A DNA stretch of 64,000 nucleotides from Mobula hypostoma (taxonomy: Eukaryota). Made by a program: the position numbers and the translations under genes. Shown here one piece after another: positions 24,628 to 37,605 of this stretch. The notes under the pieces were generated by a model. That model made no database searches, had not been told where the DNA came from, and saw only the letters and a program-made list of their open reading frames with translations. Where the stretch lies: NCBI RefSeq assembly GCF_963921235.1, contig NC_086097.1, positions 143,594,001-143,658,000 of the forward strand, given 5' to 3'. How positions within the stretch are numbered: the stretch's first letter is position 1; each line of letters begins with the position of its first letter.

Positions 24628-27480
24628 ATGTAGGATTAAGGAGAACCCCAAGGCGTTCTATGCATATGTGAAGAACAGAAGGATGACAAGAATGAAGGTG
24701 GGGCTCCTAAAGGATAAAGAAGGCAACATGTGCCTGAAGGCGGAGAAGGTTGGGGAGGTCCGAAATGAATACTTTGCTTCAGTATTCACAAGTGAAAAGG
24801 ACCTTGATCAGGGTGAGGTTGAAACAGAACAGGCCTGTGTGTTGGACAATGTGGAGATTAAGGAAGAAGAAGTGTTGGATCTTCTTAAAAACATCAAGAT
24901 TGATAAGTCCCCAGGGCTGGACGTGATATACCCCAGGTGGCTGAGGGAAGTGAGAGAAGAGATCGCTGGAGCAGTAGCTATGATCTTTGAATCCTCTTTG
25001 GCTGCAGGGGAGGTGCCGGAGGATTGGAGAACGGCAAATGTAGTTCCCTTGTTTAAAAAAGGTAATAGGGAGAATCCTGGGAATTATACACTGGTGAGTC
25101 TTATGTCGGTGGTCTGCAAACTATTGGAAAGGATTCTTAAACATAGAAACATAGAAAATAGGTGCAGGAGTAGGCCATTTGGCCCTTCGAGTCTGCACCA
25201 CCATTCAGTATGATCATGGCTGACCATCCAACTCAGAACCCTGTACCGGCCTTCCCTCCATACCCCCGATCCCTTTAGCCACAAGGGCCATATCTAACTC
25301 CCTCTTAATTATAGTCAATGAACTGGCCTCAACTGTTTCCTGTGGCAGAGAATTCCGCAGATTCACCACTCTCTGTGTGAAGAAGTTTTTCCTTATCTCG
25401 GTCCTAAAAGGCTTCCCCTTTATCCTCAGACTGTGACCCCTCGTTCTGGACTTCCCCAACATCGGGAACAATCTTCCTGCATCTAGCCTGTCCAATCCCT
25501 TTAGGACTTTATACGTTTCAATCAGATCCCCCCTCAATCTTCTAAATTCCAATGAGTATAAGCCTAGTTCATCCAGTCTTTCATCATATGAAAATCCTGC
25601 CATCCCAGGAATCAATCTGGTGAACCTTCTTTGTACTCCCTCTATGGCAAGGATATCTTTCCTCAGATTAGGGGACCAAAACTGCACACAATACTCCAGG
25701 TGTGGTCTCACCAAGGCCTTGTACAACTGCAGTAGTACCTCCCTGCTCCTGTACTCAAATCCTCTTGCTATAAATGCCAGCATACCATTCCCCTTTTTCA
25801 CCGCCTGCTGTACCTGCATGCCCACTTTCAATGACTGGTGTATAATGACACCCAGGTCTCGTTGCACCTCCCCTTTTCCTAATCGGCCACCATTCAGATA
25901 ATAATCTGTTTTCCTGTTTTTTTCCACCAAAGTGGATAACTTCACATTTATCCACATTAAATTGCATCTGCCATGAATTTGCCCACTCACCTAACCTATC
26001 CAAGTCACCCTGCATCCTCTTAGCATCCTCCTCACAGCTAACACTGCCGCCCAGCTTCGTGTCATCCGCAAACTTGGAGATGCTGCATTTAATTCCCTCA
26101 TCCAAGTCATTAATATATATTGTAAACAACTGGGGTCCCAGCACTGAGCCTTGCGGTACCTAACTAGTCACTGCCTGCCAGTGGCTAAGATCTACTAGTA
26201 CTTACAGAAGTACAGTCTACTCAAGGATAGTCAACATGGCTTTGTGAAGGGAAGGTCATGCCTCATGAGCCTAATTGAGCTTTTTGAAGAGGTAACAAGA
26301 GAAATTGATGAGGGTAGGGTGGTAGATGTGGTCTACATGGATTTTAGCAAGGCATTTGACAAGGTCCCCCACGAGAGACTCATCCAGAAAGTCATGAGGC
26401 ATGGGATCAGTGGAACCTTGGCTGTTTAGATTAAAAATTGGCTTAAAGGAAGAAAGCAGAGGCTAGTAGTGGAAGGAAAGTATTCTGCCTGGAGGTCGGT
26501 GACTAGTGGAGTGCCGCAAGGATCTGTCCTGGGACGCCTGTTCTTTGTGACTTTTATAAATGACCTGGATGAAGAGGCGGAAGGATGGGTGAGTAAGTTT
26601 GCGGATGACACAAAGATTGGAGGAGTTGTGGATGGAGCTGTAGGTTGTCGAAGGTTACAAGAGAATATAGACAGGATGCAGAGTTGGGCCGAAAAGTGAG
26701 CAGATGGAGTTCAATCTGGATAAGTGTGAGGTGATGCATTTTGGAAGGACAAACCAGAAGGCTGAATACAGGGTTAATGTTTGGTTACTTAAGAGAGTGG
26801 ATGAACAGAGGGACCTTGGGGTTCATATCCAACATCCTTCAAGATCGCTGCACAGGTTGATAGGATAGTTAAGAAGGCCTGTGGGATGTTAGGCTTCATT
26901 AGTAGGGGGATTGAGTTTAAAAGTAGAGAGTTCATGTTGCAATTCAGTTCTGGTCACCTCATTATAGGAAGGATGTGGAAGCTATGGAGAGGATGCAGAG
27001 GAGATTTACCAGGATGTTGCCTGGATTGGAAAGCAAGTCTTATGAGGCAAGGTTAGCAGAGCTGGGACTTTTCTCTTTGGAGCATAGAAAGATGAGAGGG
27101 GACTTGATAGAGGTCTACAAGATTATGAGAGGCATAGATAGGGTGGATAGCCAGTACCTGTTTCCCAGGGCATGAATAGCAAACACCAGAGGGCATATGT
27201 ACAAAGTTAGGGAAGTGAAGTTTAGGGGAGACATCAGGGGTAAGTTTTTTACACAGAGGGTTGTGGGTGCCTGGAATGCTTTGCCAGGGATGGTGGTGGA
27301 GGCTAAAATATTAGGGGTATTTAAGAGCCTCTTGGACAGGCACATGGGTGAAAGAAAAATAGAGGGTTAGGAGGTAGTGTGGGTTTAGTACGTTTTTTTA
27401 AGGAATGTATGGGTCGGCACAACATCAAAGGTCGAAGGGGCCTGTACTGTGTTGTAGTATTCTAGTGTCTAGTGCCTAGT
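24625..27480 (+). mobile_element. CR1 family A, 3' half, interrupted by antisense family B (about 25141-26180)
   Basis: ORFs at 24668, 26244, 26469, 26975 are inverted near-copies of 21942-24350; CTAGTGT-type tandem tail ending about 27480. Confidence 0.9.
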
Positions 27481-28909
27481 GAGTCCTTCAAAGTGAGTCA
27501 TAGGTTGTGGGAAGAGTTCAGTGATGGGGAGATTGAAATTGAGTGAAGTGGCTCAAGAGCCTGATGGTTGAGGGGTAATAATTGTTCCTGATTGTGGAGG
27601 TGTTTGTCATGAGGCTCCTCTACCTCCTTCCTGAGAAGGGAGCATGGCCTGGATGGTGGAGGTCCGTGATGATTAATGATGCTTTCCTGCAACAGCAGTC
27701 CATGTAAATGTGCTCAATAGTGAGGAGGGCTTTACTGTGGTGGAATGGGCAGTATCCACCACTTCTTGTAGGATTTTCTGTTCAAGGCTCTTGGTGTTTC
27801 CATATCAGACTGTGTTGCCCCTTTGTCCTGTCTTAATCTATTTGCAAAGATCCCAAAAACTATCCCAAAGTTGCATCCAATTGCTTCATTAATCAGCATC
27901 AGGTATTTGTGCTCTGCTAATAGGGATTTTCTTATTAGTAGTGATGACATTACACTTTTCTTTTATGAATCTTGTTCCACCAGTTCAACAGCACTGGTTT
28001 ATTTTAAGTGGTACACAAAATGCTGGAGGAATTCAGCAGGTCAGGCAGCATCTATGGAGGAGGAGTTCTGGGCCTAGACCCTTCTCCAGGACTGGGCCCT
28101 GCATCACAGCCTGGTATGTTCTCAATGTTAATTGCTTATATTATTATTATTATTTTGTTTTTTTTTATTTGCATAGCTTGTTGGTTCGTTGTGTGCGGTC
28201 TTTCATTGTCCCGTTGTATTTGCTGTGAATGCCCATAAGAAAATGAATCTCAGGGTTGTATACAGTGACATATATGTTCTTTGATCATAAATTTACTTTC
28301 AACTTTGAACTTGTCCTTGACTATCAAATGACCTCACTGCCCTAAATTAATTATCCACTAATACTTTTACTGGAAGTTTCTTATTAGTAAATGTCATACC
28401 CTTACATAAAGATGATGTCATTATTCCTCTGTTGTTAAGTGGGATTAATTCCCACTCTTATGGCTCTCATGATTTTTTTTTATGTTCCTGTGGTAGCAAA
28501 TTACATTGGTATTTGCTATGACTTGAGAACTTAATTAGATTGATCTATCACCAAGAGAGAATTATTTGTGTTGGAAAGGTGAGTGGTGTCATTCCTGGAG
28601 AAGTAATTATGATTATTAAGGTCCCTGTTCTAGTGCTTTAGCAGAATTAAGAAAAAATGGTATTAATGTGTCAACTTTCACAACTTTCTGCCCTTTTAAT
28701 TTAGGAAACGCAACACCCAATTGAGTCATGTCAAGCTTCCACAATCTTTATAAGGTGGGTCCTGTAGAAGAGAAATGACTTACACAGGCAGGACCAGAAA
28801 CAATACTCCGCAGGTCCTGTTGACCCCAATCTCGGTCCAAAACATCGACTGCTTATTCCACTACATAGATGCTGTCTGATATGCAGAGTTCCTTCAGCAC
28901 CTTGTGATA

Positions 28910-31260
28910 TACAGTAGATGACAAACAACAACAGACCCAGCACCAATCCCTGCAGCACACCACTAGTCACATGCCTCCAGTGATAGAGGCAACCATCTAC
29001 AACAAACTCTCTAACTGCTTGCATGAAGCCAATGTCTAATCCAATTTACTACCTCACCTTGAATGCCAAGCAATTGAACCTTCTTAACCAACCTCCCATG
29101 TGGGACCTTGTCAAATGCCTTGCTAAAGGCCATGTAGACATGCTCTTAATACATCTGTAGAAGCCCTTAGGATTCTTCTTCACTCGTCTGCTAGAGCAAC
29201 CTCATGTATTTGTTTAGCCCTGATTTCCTTCTTAAGAGTTCTCTTGTATTTCTTATAATTTTCAAGTACCTCATTCGTTCCTGTCTGCCTATACCTGCTA
29301 TGCAGCCCCCTCTTTTTCTTAACCAGGGTCTCAATATCTCTTGGAAACCAAGGTTCCCCAAACCTATTATCCTTGCTTTTTATTCTGACAGAAACATGCA
29401 AAGTCTGTACCCTACACAAACTTCTGTCACCTGCCCTGTCTCATTCATTCACAGGAAATCTAGTATCACACTCTCTCTACTTGGGACTTCTACGTACTGA
29501 TGAAGCAAACTTTACTGAACACATTTGACAAGCTCTTTCCCATCCAGCCCTTATACAGTATGGGAGCTCCAGTCAATACGTGGAAAGTTAGAATCACCTC
29601 CCATCACAACCAGATGTTTCTTACAGCAGTCTGTTATCTCTCTACAATTTTGCTTCCTTAAATCCCAAAGACTGTTTGTAGTCAAAATATAATCCCACTG
29701 ACATGGTTATAACTTTTTTATTCCTTAATTCTACATATAAAGCTTCAATAGATGAGTTCTCCAGTCTATCCTGATTGAGAATTGCGGTGACTACTGTGCT
29801 CCCATTTTCCCTAATTAGTAATGCCAACCCTCTCCCTTTAATACCTCCTGCTTTATCACATCTAAACAATGGGACCCCACATCACTGAGCTGTCAGTCCT
29901 GCTGCTCTTGCAACCAAGTCTTACTAATGGCTACAATGTCATAATTCCATATGCTGATCTATGCCCCAAACTCATCCACTTTCTCTACAATACTACTACT
30001 ACTATGTCGACTCAGGCCTAGGGGGCCGGCGTCGGGCACGATGATGTTCTCTCCACTTCTCCCTCTCCCTCATCAGTGTGTTCAGTTCATCTACATCAGC
30101 CCCGCCACTGTCTTCTAGGAACATGTTGACCATAGTCTTGTGAGGGCGCCCAGGGTTCATCCTCCTGTGTTTGGGCTCCCATATGATGACTAGGCTGGCA
30201 GGTAGCTCGGGATGGCGTAGACAGTGTCCCGCTAGTTGCAGTCTTCTCGCCTTGATTTTAGTGGTGAGCATCGGTAGGTCATCACAGAGCTGTAATTGTT
30301 ATATGTTATATGTTATATATTCATCATGTGCTGTTGCCAGCTCACGTCAAGAGCCATCCAGAGCATTCATGTATAGCAATCATCTAGAGACTTTCGCATA
30401 GTCTTGGTGAGTGTCTACGTCTCGCATCCGTACGTGAGAATGGACTCTATGACTGCTATGAAGATCCTCTTTTTGAGCCCTCTGGTCAGGTTCGACTTCC
30501 AGATTTCCTTCATGTCATTCATAGCCCTCCACGCCAGCACCTTCTGTATCTTTATGTCCTTCTACAATACTCCTTACATTGAAAAGTACGCAGCTCAGAA
30601 CATTAGTCCTACAATGCTTGACCTTTCGATTCCTGACTTTGTATAACAACTTTCCCCACAACCACTCCACTATCTGTCCAACACTCTGATTCCAATCACC
30701 CTGCTATTCTAATTTAACCCCACCCCGCTCCCCATGCAGCACTAGCAAACTTTCCTGCTAGGATATTAGTCCCCCTTCAGTTCAGGTGCAAACAATCCCT
30801 TCCGTATAGGTCCCACATTCCCTAAAAGACAGCCCAAAATTCTGAAGCCCTCCCTCCTGCACCAGATCCTTAGCTACATGTTAAACTATATGATCTTCCC
30901 ATTTCTGGCCTCAGTAGCATGTGGCAAGGGTAGCAATACTGAGGCTTTCCTCTGCTGGGTCATTCCACACCCCCAACAGTATCCAAAGTGATATACGGTA
31001 CCTGCAAGTGGGAGGAACGGCCACAGGGGTACTTTCCCCTCATTGCCTGTCCCCTTCCCCCTCCTGACAGTCACCCAGTTATCTGTGCCCTCCACCTTGG
31101 CTGTGACTATCCCCCATATCTCCTGCCTATCAATCTCTCAGCCTCCCAAATGATCCAGAATTCATCCATTTCCAGCTCTATCCCCTTAACATGCACTGTT
31201 AGCTGGATGCTCTTCTTACAGTTGTAGTGTCAGGGACTCTGGAGGTCTCCCTGCCTTCCC
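28910..31260 (-). mobile_element. Degenerate CR1 LINE, 5' and middle part with deletions
   Basis: WRHVTSGVLQG.VLG.LLF (RT), PWFPRDIE.LVKKK, FRCD..G..GRG.ALLIRE (endonuclease), WVTVRR (ORF1-like). Confidence 0.75.
29995..30560 (-). mobile_element. RTE-clade LINE 3' fragment
   Basis: IKARRLQLAGHCLRHPE...WEP....GRP C-terminus, (TAG)n tail, perfect 11-bp TSD TCTACAATACT (29984-29994, 30561-30571). Confidence 0.8.
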
Positions 31261-31989
31261 ACAATGTCCCACTTGCTGGCTAAGTGAACAGTTTGCTAAA
31301 GGGACAACTGGTTTGGACCCCTTCAACACTGTGATCATGAAATTATCAGCTGACTTTAATGGAATCTGGTGTAAGTCCCCCATCAACTATACTCTGGATG
31401 CAGGTGTATGTTTGAGGCTGAGATTTTGTGACCTCTATGCAGAAATTCAGTACTAAGCAGAAGTCTGAGCACATAAACCATATAACAATTACAGCACGGA
31501 AACAGGCCATCTCGGCCCTTCTAGTCTGTGCCGAACTCTTACTCTCACCTAGTCCCACTAACCTGCACTCAGCCCATAACCCTCCATTCCTTTCCTGTCC
31601 ATATATCTATCCAATTTAACTTTAAATGACAACATTGAACCTGCCTCAACCACTTCTGCTGGAAGCTCATTCCACACAGCTACCACTCTTTGAGTAAAGA
31701 AGTTCCCCCTCATGTTACCCCTAATGACATGAAAAGCTTCTAAATATCAAAAAAATTACCATAAAGTGCAGTAAACTGTAAAAAAACTAAATCGAAAAAT
31801 ATTTGGTGTGACCATCCTTTGTCTTTAAAACCACATCATTATCATAGGTACACTGTTCTGCAGTTTTATAAGAAAATCCACAGGTAGGTTGTTCCAAGCA
31901 TCTTGGAGAACTTGCCACAGTTCTTCTGCAGACTTTGGCTTTCTTGCTTTCTTCTGTTCCTCCACGTAATCCGAAACAGCCTCGATGAT

Positions 31990-32845
31990 AGGTAGATAGG
32001 GTCATTAAGAAAACTTTTGGCATTTTGGCCTTCATAGATTAAGGTACTGAGTACAGGAACACACGCAAAATGCTGGAGGAACTCAGCAGGTCAGTCAACA
32101 TCTATGGAAAAGAGTATAGTCGACTGTATCCCTCTGACTGAGAGTCCTGCCAAAGGGTCTCAGCCTGAAACATCAACTGTACTCCTTTTCATAGATGCTG
32201 CTGGGCCTGCTGAGTTCCTCCAGCATTTTGTGTGAGTTGCCTGGATTTCCAGCAACTGCAGATTTTCTCTTGTTTGGTATTGAGTACAGAAGTTGGGATG
32301 TTATGTTAAAGTTGTCTAAGACATTGGTGAGACCCAATTTGGAATATTGTGGTGCAGTTTTGGTCACCACCCTACAGGAAAGATGTAAATAATATTGAAA
32401 GAGTATAGAGAATATTTACAAGGATGTTGCCAAGACTGGAGGACCTGATTTATGAGGTGAATTTGATTGAGGATACAAAGTTATGAGGGGTATAATTAAG
32501 GTAAATGCAAGCAGGCCTTTTCCACTGAAATTGAGTGAAACTACAACTAGAGGTCTTGGGTTAAGTGTGAAAGGTGAAATGTTTAAGGAGAACATGAGGG
32601 GGGGATCTTCTTCACTTAGAGGGTGGTGACAGTGTGGAACAAGCTGCCAGCTCAGCTGGTGGATGCAATTTCACTTTCAACATTTAAGAGAAGTTGAAAT
32701 AGATACATGGATGGTAGGGGTGCGGAGGCCTATGATCTGGGTGTAGGTTGATGGGACTAGCCAGCTTAAATGGTTTGGTGGGGACTAGATGGGCTGAAGG
32801 GCCTGTTTCTGTGCTGTAGTTTTCTACAATTCCATGACTCTATGA
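31990..32845 (+). mobile_element. CR1 3' fragment flanked by probable Tc1-like remnant (about 31735-31990 and 32870-32965)
   Basis: GIEYRSWDVMLKLSKTLVRPNLEYC; the assignment of the flanks to Tc1 is tentative. Confidence 0.7.
32059..32275. mobile_element. 217-bp foldback Penelope-derived element with decayed hammerhead motif
   Basis: Inverted arms about 32060-32125 and 32172-32238; 16-bp TSD matching at 14/16 (32043-32058, 32276-32291). Confidence 0.85.
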
Positions 32846-33939
32846 TATTGAGAGCAGGGCTCTGTCGAGTGTTCTTTTAGCTGGAGATAATTCTTTATGA
32901 CCTTGGCTGTGTGTTTGTGGTCATTGTCCTCGGACCAACCAGACACCTGCCTGATGATATTGCTTGTCCAGTGTGTCAGTCATAATGACATCCTGATTCT
33001 GATTCTTTGACATTACCTCATTTGATCTCACCCTGACAGAGATATTGCTCATCTCTTCCCTACCTTCTCTGCCCCCAAAACTCTCTTTCACAATAGTGAC
33101 AAAGGGCTTGGTCCTGAAACATTAATTGTTTTCCCATTCCGCAGAGTATTTCCTATCTGCTATTACTACAGAGACGAGGACAGAGATCTGGGAAAGAGAC
33201 CCAATGAACCATAAAGAGAGGATCTAAGAGCCAAACAGACTCCAAAAAAATTAGTAGAGGATGTTGTTTTCCTGAGTTGATGGGGAGGGCTCAGTACTTT
33301 GCTTTCAATTCAGACACAGACATTAATTACACTGATTAACTGCAAGTTGTGGTCTGGTATTCTGAATAGCTTAGACCAGGCCGTCCTCAAAGGAACTGGG
33401 CAACTTCCATCAGAATCAATTGCATGCTGTGCAGGCGACAGCAAGTGTTCTTTCAATGACTTTGGCCAAAGTAAAATCCTCTTTGGTGGTGTAATATTTA
33501 AATTTTAAATCGGATTGTTAAAAACCTGAGAACATTTCAGTTTTTACCTACAAAGCCGCCCGTTTGCGCGCCATTCTCTCCTTTCGCTGTTGCCATCAGG
33601 AAGGAGGTACAGGAGACTTAGGTCCCACACCACCAGGTTCAGGAACAGCTATTACCCTTCAATCATAAGGCTCTTGAACCCATGTGGATAACTTCACTAA
33701 CCTCAAAACCGAGCTGATTCCACACTCTATAAACTCACTTTCAAGGACTCTACAACTCATATTCTCAATATTGTTAATTGATTTATTTGTGTGTTTGCTA
33801 AATTTTTTGCGTTTGCTCAGTTTGTCTTCTGTTGCATATTGGTTGTCAAACTTTGTGTGTAGTTTGTCATTGATTGTATTGTATTTCTCTGTTCTATTGT
33901 GAATTCCTGCAAGAAAGTGATTGTCAAGAGTAGCATGTG

Positions 33940-35281
33940 CCTCTTTCGGGATAGTAATAGCCCTCGGGCCACGGAGGAGCAGATAAGCAGGCAGATTTTA
34001 GAATGGTGCAGGAAATACAGGGTTGTAGTTATGGGTGATTTCAACTTCCCTCATATTGACTGGCACCTCCTGACTGCAAAGGGAACAGATGGGGCTGAAT
34101 TTGTCAGGTGTGCTCAAGAAGGATTCCTGACACAGTATGTGGACCGGCCGACGAGAGGAGAGGCCATACTGGATCTAGTTCTGGGTAATGAACCTGGTCA
34201 GGTGGCAGATGTCTTGGTGGGGGAGCATTTTGTGAGAGTGACCACAACTCCCTTAGCTTCAGCATAGCTATGGAAAAGGATAAAAACAGACAAAATGGGA
34301 AAGTGCTTAACTGGGGAAGGGATGAGGCAGGAACTAGCGAGAGTAAATTGGAAACAGATGCTCAAGGGTGAAAGCACAGAAGTAATGTGGAGGAAGTTTA
34401 GGTACCACTTGTGCTGGGTTCAGGATAGGTTTGTCCCACTGAGACAAGGAAAAAATGGTAGGAAAAGGGAACCGTGGCTGACGAAACACGTGAGGCAACT
34501 CGTCAAGAGGAAGAAGGAAGCATATTAAATTAGATTATGAGAACACTCAGTCCTCTTTTATTGTTATTTATAAATACATACATGCATTAAGAAATGATAC
34601 AATGTTTCTCCGGAGTGATATCACAGAAAGCAGGACAAACCAAAGACTAACACTGACAGAACCACAATTATAACATATAGTTACAGCAGTGCAAAGCAAT
34701 AACATAATTTGATGAAGAACAGACCATGGGCACAGTAAAAAATAGTCTCAAAGTCCCGAGTCGATCGACTCCTGAGTCCCCGATAGCAGGCGGCAAAAGG
34801 GAGAAACTCCCTACCATAAACCTCCAGGCACCATCAACTTGCCGATACCTTGGAAGCAGCCGACCACAGCCGACACTGAGTCCATCCATCCGAAAACTTC
34901 GAGCTTCCGACCAGCCACTCCGATACAGCTTCCCGAGCACCATCGACCTCTCCCCGGACCCTGAAACACGCAAAGCCGAGGATTTCGGGCCTTCTGCTCC
35001 GGAGATTCCTGTTACCACACAGTAGCAGCAGCAGCGGCGAAGTTTTCCAGATGTTCTTCCATGCTCTCACGTCTGCCTCCGTCAAATCAGAATTGTGCAC
35101 GGTCCCCTACTTACATATGTTAGATATTAGAAGCAGGAAGCAGGAGGGGCTCATGAGAAATATAGGGTAGCCAGGAAGGAGCTTAAGAAAGGACTTAGGA
35201 GAGCTCGAAGGGGACATGAGAAGGCCTTGGCATGTAGGATTAAGGAGAACCCCAAGGCGTTCTATGCGTATGTGAAGAACA
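33940..35281 (+). mobile_element. CR1 family A 5' part (AP endonuclease), interrupted at 34526-35113
   Basis: VVMGDFNFPHIDW, LTQYVDRPTRGEAILDLVL; its last ~55 bp are near-identical to 24625-24678. Confidence 0.88.
34526..35113 (-). mobile_element. Non-autonomous retroelement, same family as 22486-23119, 5'-truncated
   Basis: Sequence similarity to 22560-23112; CATAT duplication at 34521-34525 and 35114-35118. Confidence 0.82.
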
Positions 35282-36606
35282 TGATCGGACAAAGTCAGCA
35301 TGGATTTGTGAAAGGAAAATCATGTCTGACGAATCTCATAGAATTTTTTGAGGATGTAACTAGTAGAGTGGATAGGGGAGAACCAGTGGATGTGGTATAT
35401 TTGGATTTTCAAAAGGCTTTTGACAAGGTCCCACACAGGAGATTAGTGTGCAAACTTAAAGCACACAGTATTGGGGGTAAGGTATTGATGTGGATGGAGA
35501 ATTGGTTAGCAGACAGGAAGCAAAGAGTGGGAATAAATGGGACCTTTTCAGAATGGCAGGCGGTGACTAGTGGGGTACCGCAAGGCTCAGTGCTGGGACC
35601 CCAGTTGTTTACAATATATATTAATGACTTGGATGAGGGAATTAAATGCAGCATCTCCAAGTTTGCGGATGACACGAAGCTGGGTGGCAGTGTTAGCTGT
35701 GAGGAGGATGCTAAGAGGATGCAGAGTGACTTGGATAGTTTGGGTGAGTGGGCAAATTCATGGCAGATGCAATTCAATGTGGATAAATGTGAAGTTATCC
35801 ACTTTGGTGGCAAAAATAGGAAAACAGATTATTATCTGAATGGTGGCCGATTAGGAAAAGAGGAGGTGCAACGAGACCTGGGTGTCATTATACACCAGTC
35901 ATTGAAAGTGGGCATGCAGGTACAGCAGGCGGTGAAAAAGGGGAATGGTATGCTGGCATTTATAGCGAGAGGATTCGAGTACAGGAGCAGGGAGGTACTA
36001 CTGCAGTTGTACAAGGCCTTGGTGAGACCACACCTGGAGTATTGTGTGCAGTTTTGGTCCCCTAATCTGAGGAAAGATATCCTTGCCATAGAGGGAGTAC
36101 AAAGAAGGTTCACCAGATTGATTCCTGGGATGGCAGGACTTTCATATGAAGAAAGACTGGATGAACTGGGCTTGTACTCGTTGGAATTTAGAAGATTGAG
36201 GGGGGATCTGATTGAAACGTATAAGATCCTAAAGGGATTGGACAGGCTAGATGCAGGAAGATTGTTCCCGATATTGGGGAAGTCCAGAACAAGGGGTCAC
36301 AGTTTGAGGATAAAGGGGAAGCCTTTTAGGACCGAGATTAGGAAAAACTTCTTCACACAGAGAGTGGTGAATCTGTGGAATTCTCTGCCACAGGAAACAG
36401 TTGAGGCCAGTTCATTGGCTATGTTTAAGAGGGAGTTAGATATGGCCCTTGTGGCTACAAAGGGTCAGGGGGTATGGAGGGAAGGCTGGGGCGGGGTTCT
36501 GAGTTGGATGATCAGCCATGATCATAATAAATGGCGGTGCAGGCTCGAAGGGCCGAATGGCCTACTCCTGCACCTATTTTCTATGTTTCTGTGTTTCTAT
36601 GTTTCT
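35282..36606 (+). mobile_element. Young CR1 family B, RT to 3' end, essentially intact frame
   Basis: QHGFVKGKSCLTNL, YLDFQKAFDKV, GVPQGSVLGP, SKFADDTKL; (TTTCTATG)n tail. Confidence 0.93.
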
Positions 36607-36704
36607 AATCTGGAGAGTGTTTCCTGCATTCTTTATGTTCCAAATTTCTCACATTTACAGTTTGTTAGTTTTCAATTGCAGATAAACATGTTTTGTCATC
36701 TGTA

Positions 36705-37605
36705 CATAGAAACATAGAAAACCTACAGCATAGTACAGGCCCTTCAGCCCACAATGCTGTGTGTACTTACTTACATGTACGTACTTTAGAAATTACCTAG
36801 GGTTACCCATAGCTCTCTATTTTTCTAAGCTTCAAGTACTTGTCAAAGAGTCTCTTAAAAGTCCCTATTGTATCCGCTTCCACCACAGTCGCTGACAGCC
36901 CATTCCATGCACTCACCACCCTCTGCGTAAAAAATGTACCACTGACATCCCCTATGTACCTACTTCCAAGCACCTTAAAACTGTGTCCTCTCACATTACC
37001 CATTTCAGCCCTGGGGAAAAACCTCTGAGTGTCCATGCGATCAATGCCTTTCATCATCTTATACACCTCTATCAGATCACCTCTTGTCCTCCCTCACTCC
37101 AAGGAGAAAAGGCCAAGTTCACTCAACCTATTCTTGTAAGGCATGCTCCCCAATCCAGGCAACATCCTTGTAAATCTCCTCTGCACCCTTTCTATAGTTT
37201 CCACATCCTTCCTGTAGTGAGGTGATTGGAACTGAGCACAGTACTGCAAGTGGGGTCTGATCAGCATCCTATATCGCTGTAACATTACCTCCCAGCTCTT
37301 GAACTCAATCCCACGGTTGATGAAGGCCAATGCTCTGTATGCCTTCTCAACCACAGAGTCAACCTGCGGAGCTGCTTTGAGTGTCCTATGGAAATAGACC
37401 CTAAGATCCCTCTGATCCTCCACACTGCCAAGAGTCTTACCATTAATACTATGTTCTGCCATCATATTTGACCTACCAAAATGAACCACCTCACACTTAT
37501 CTGGGTTGAACTCCATCTGCCACTTCTCAGCCCAGTTTTGCATCATATTGATGTCCCACTGTAACCTCTGATAGCCCTCCACACTATCCACAACACCCCC
37601 AACCA
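36705..37605 (-). mobile_element. CR1 3' fragment (third family)
   Basis: WAEKWQMEFNPDKCEVVHFG, ERVQRRFTRMLPG; tail-to-tail with 35282-36606. Confidence 0.88.
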
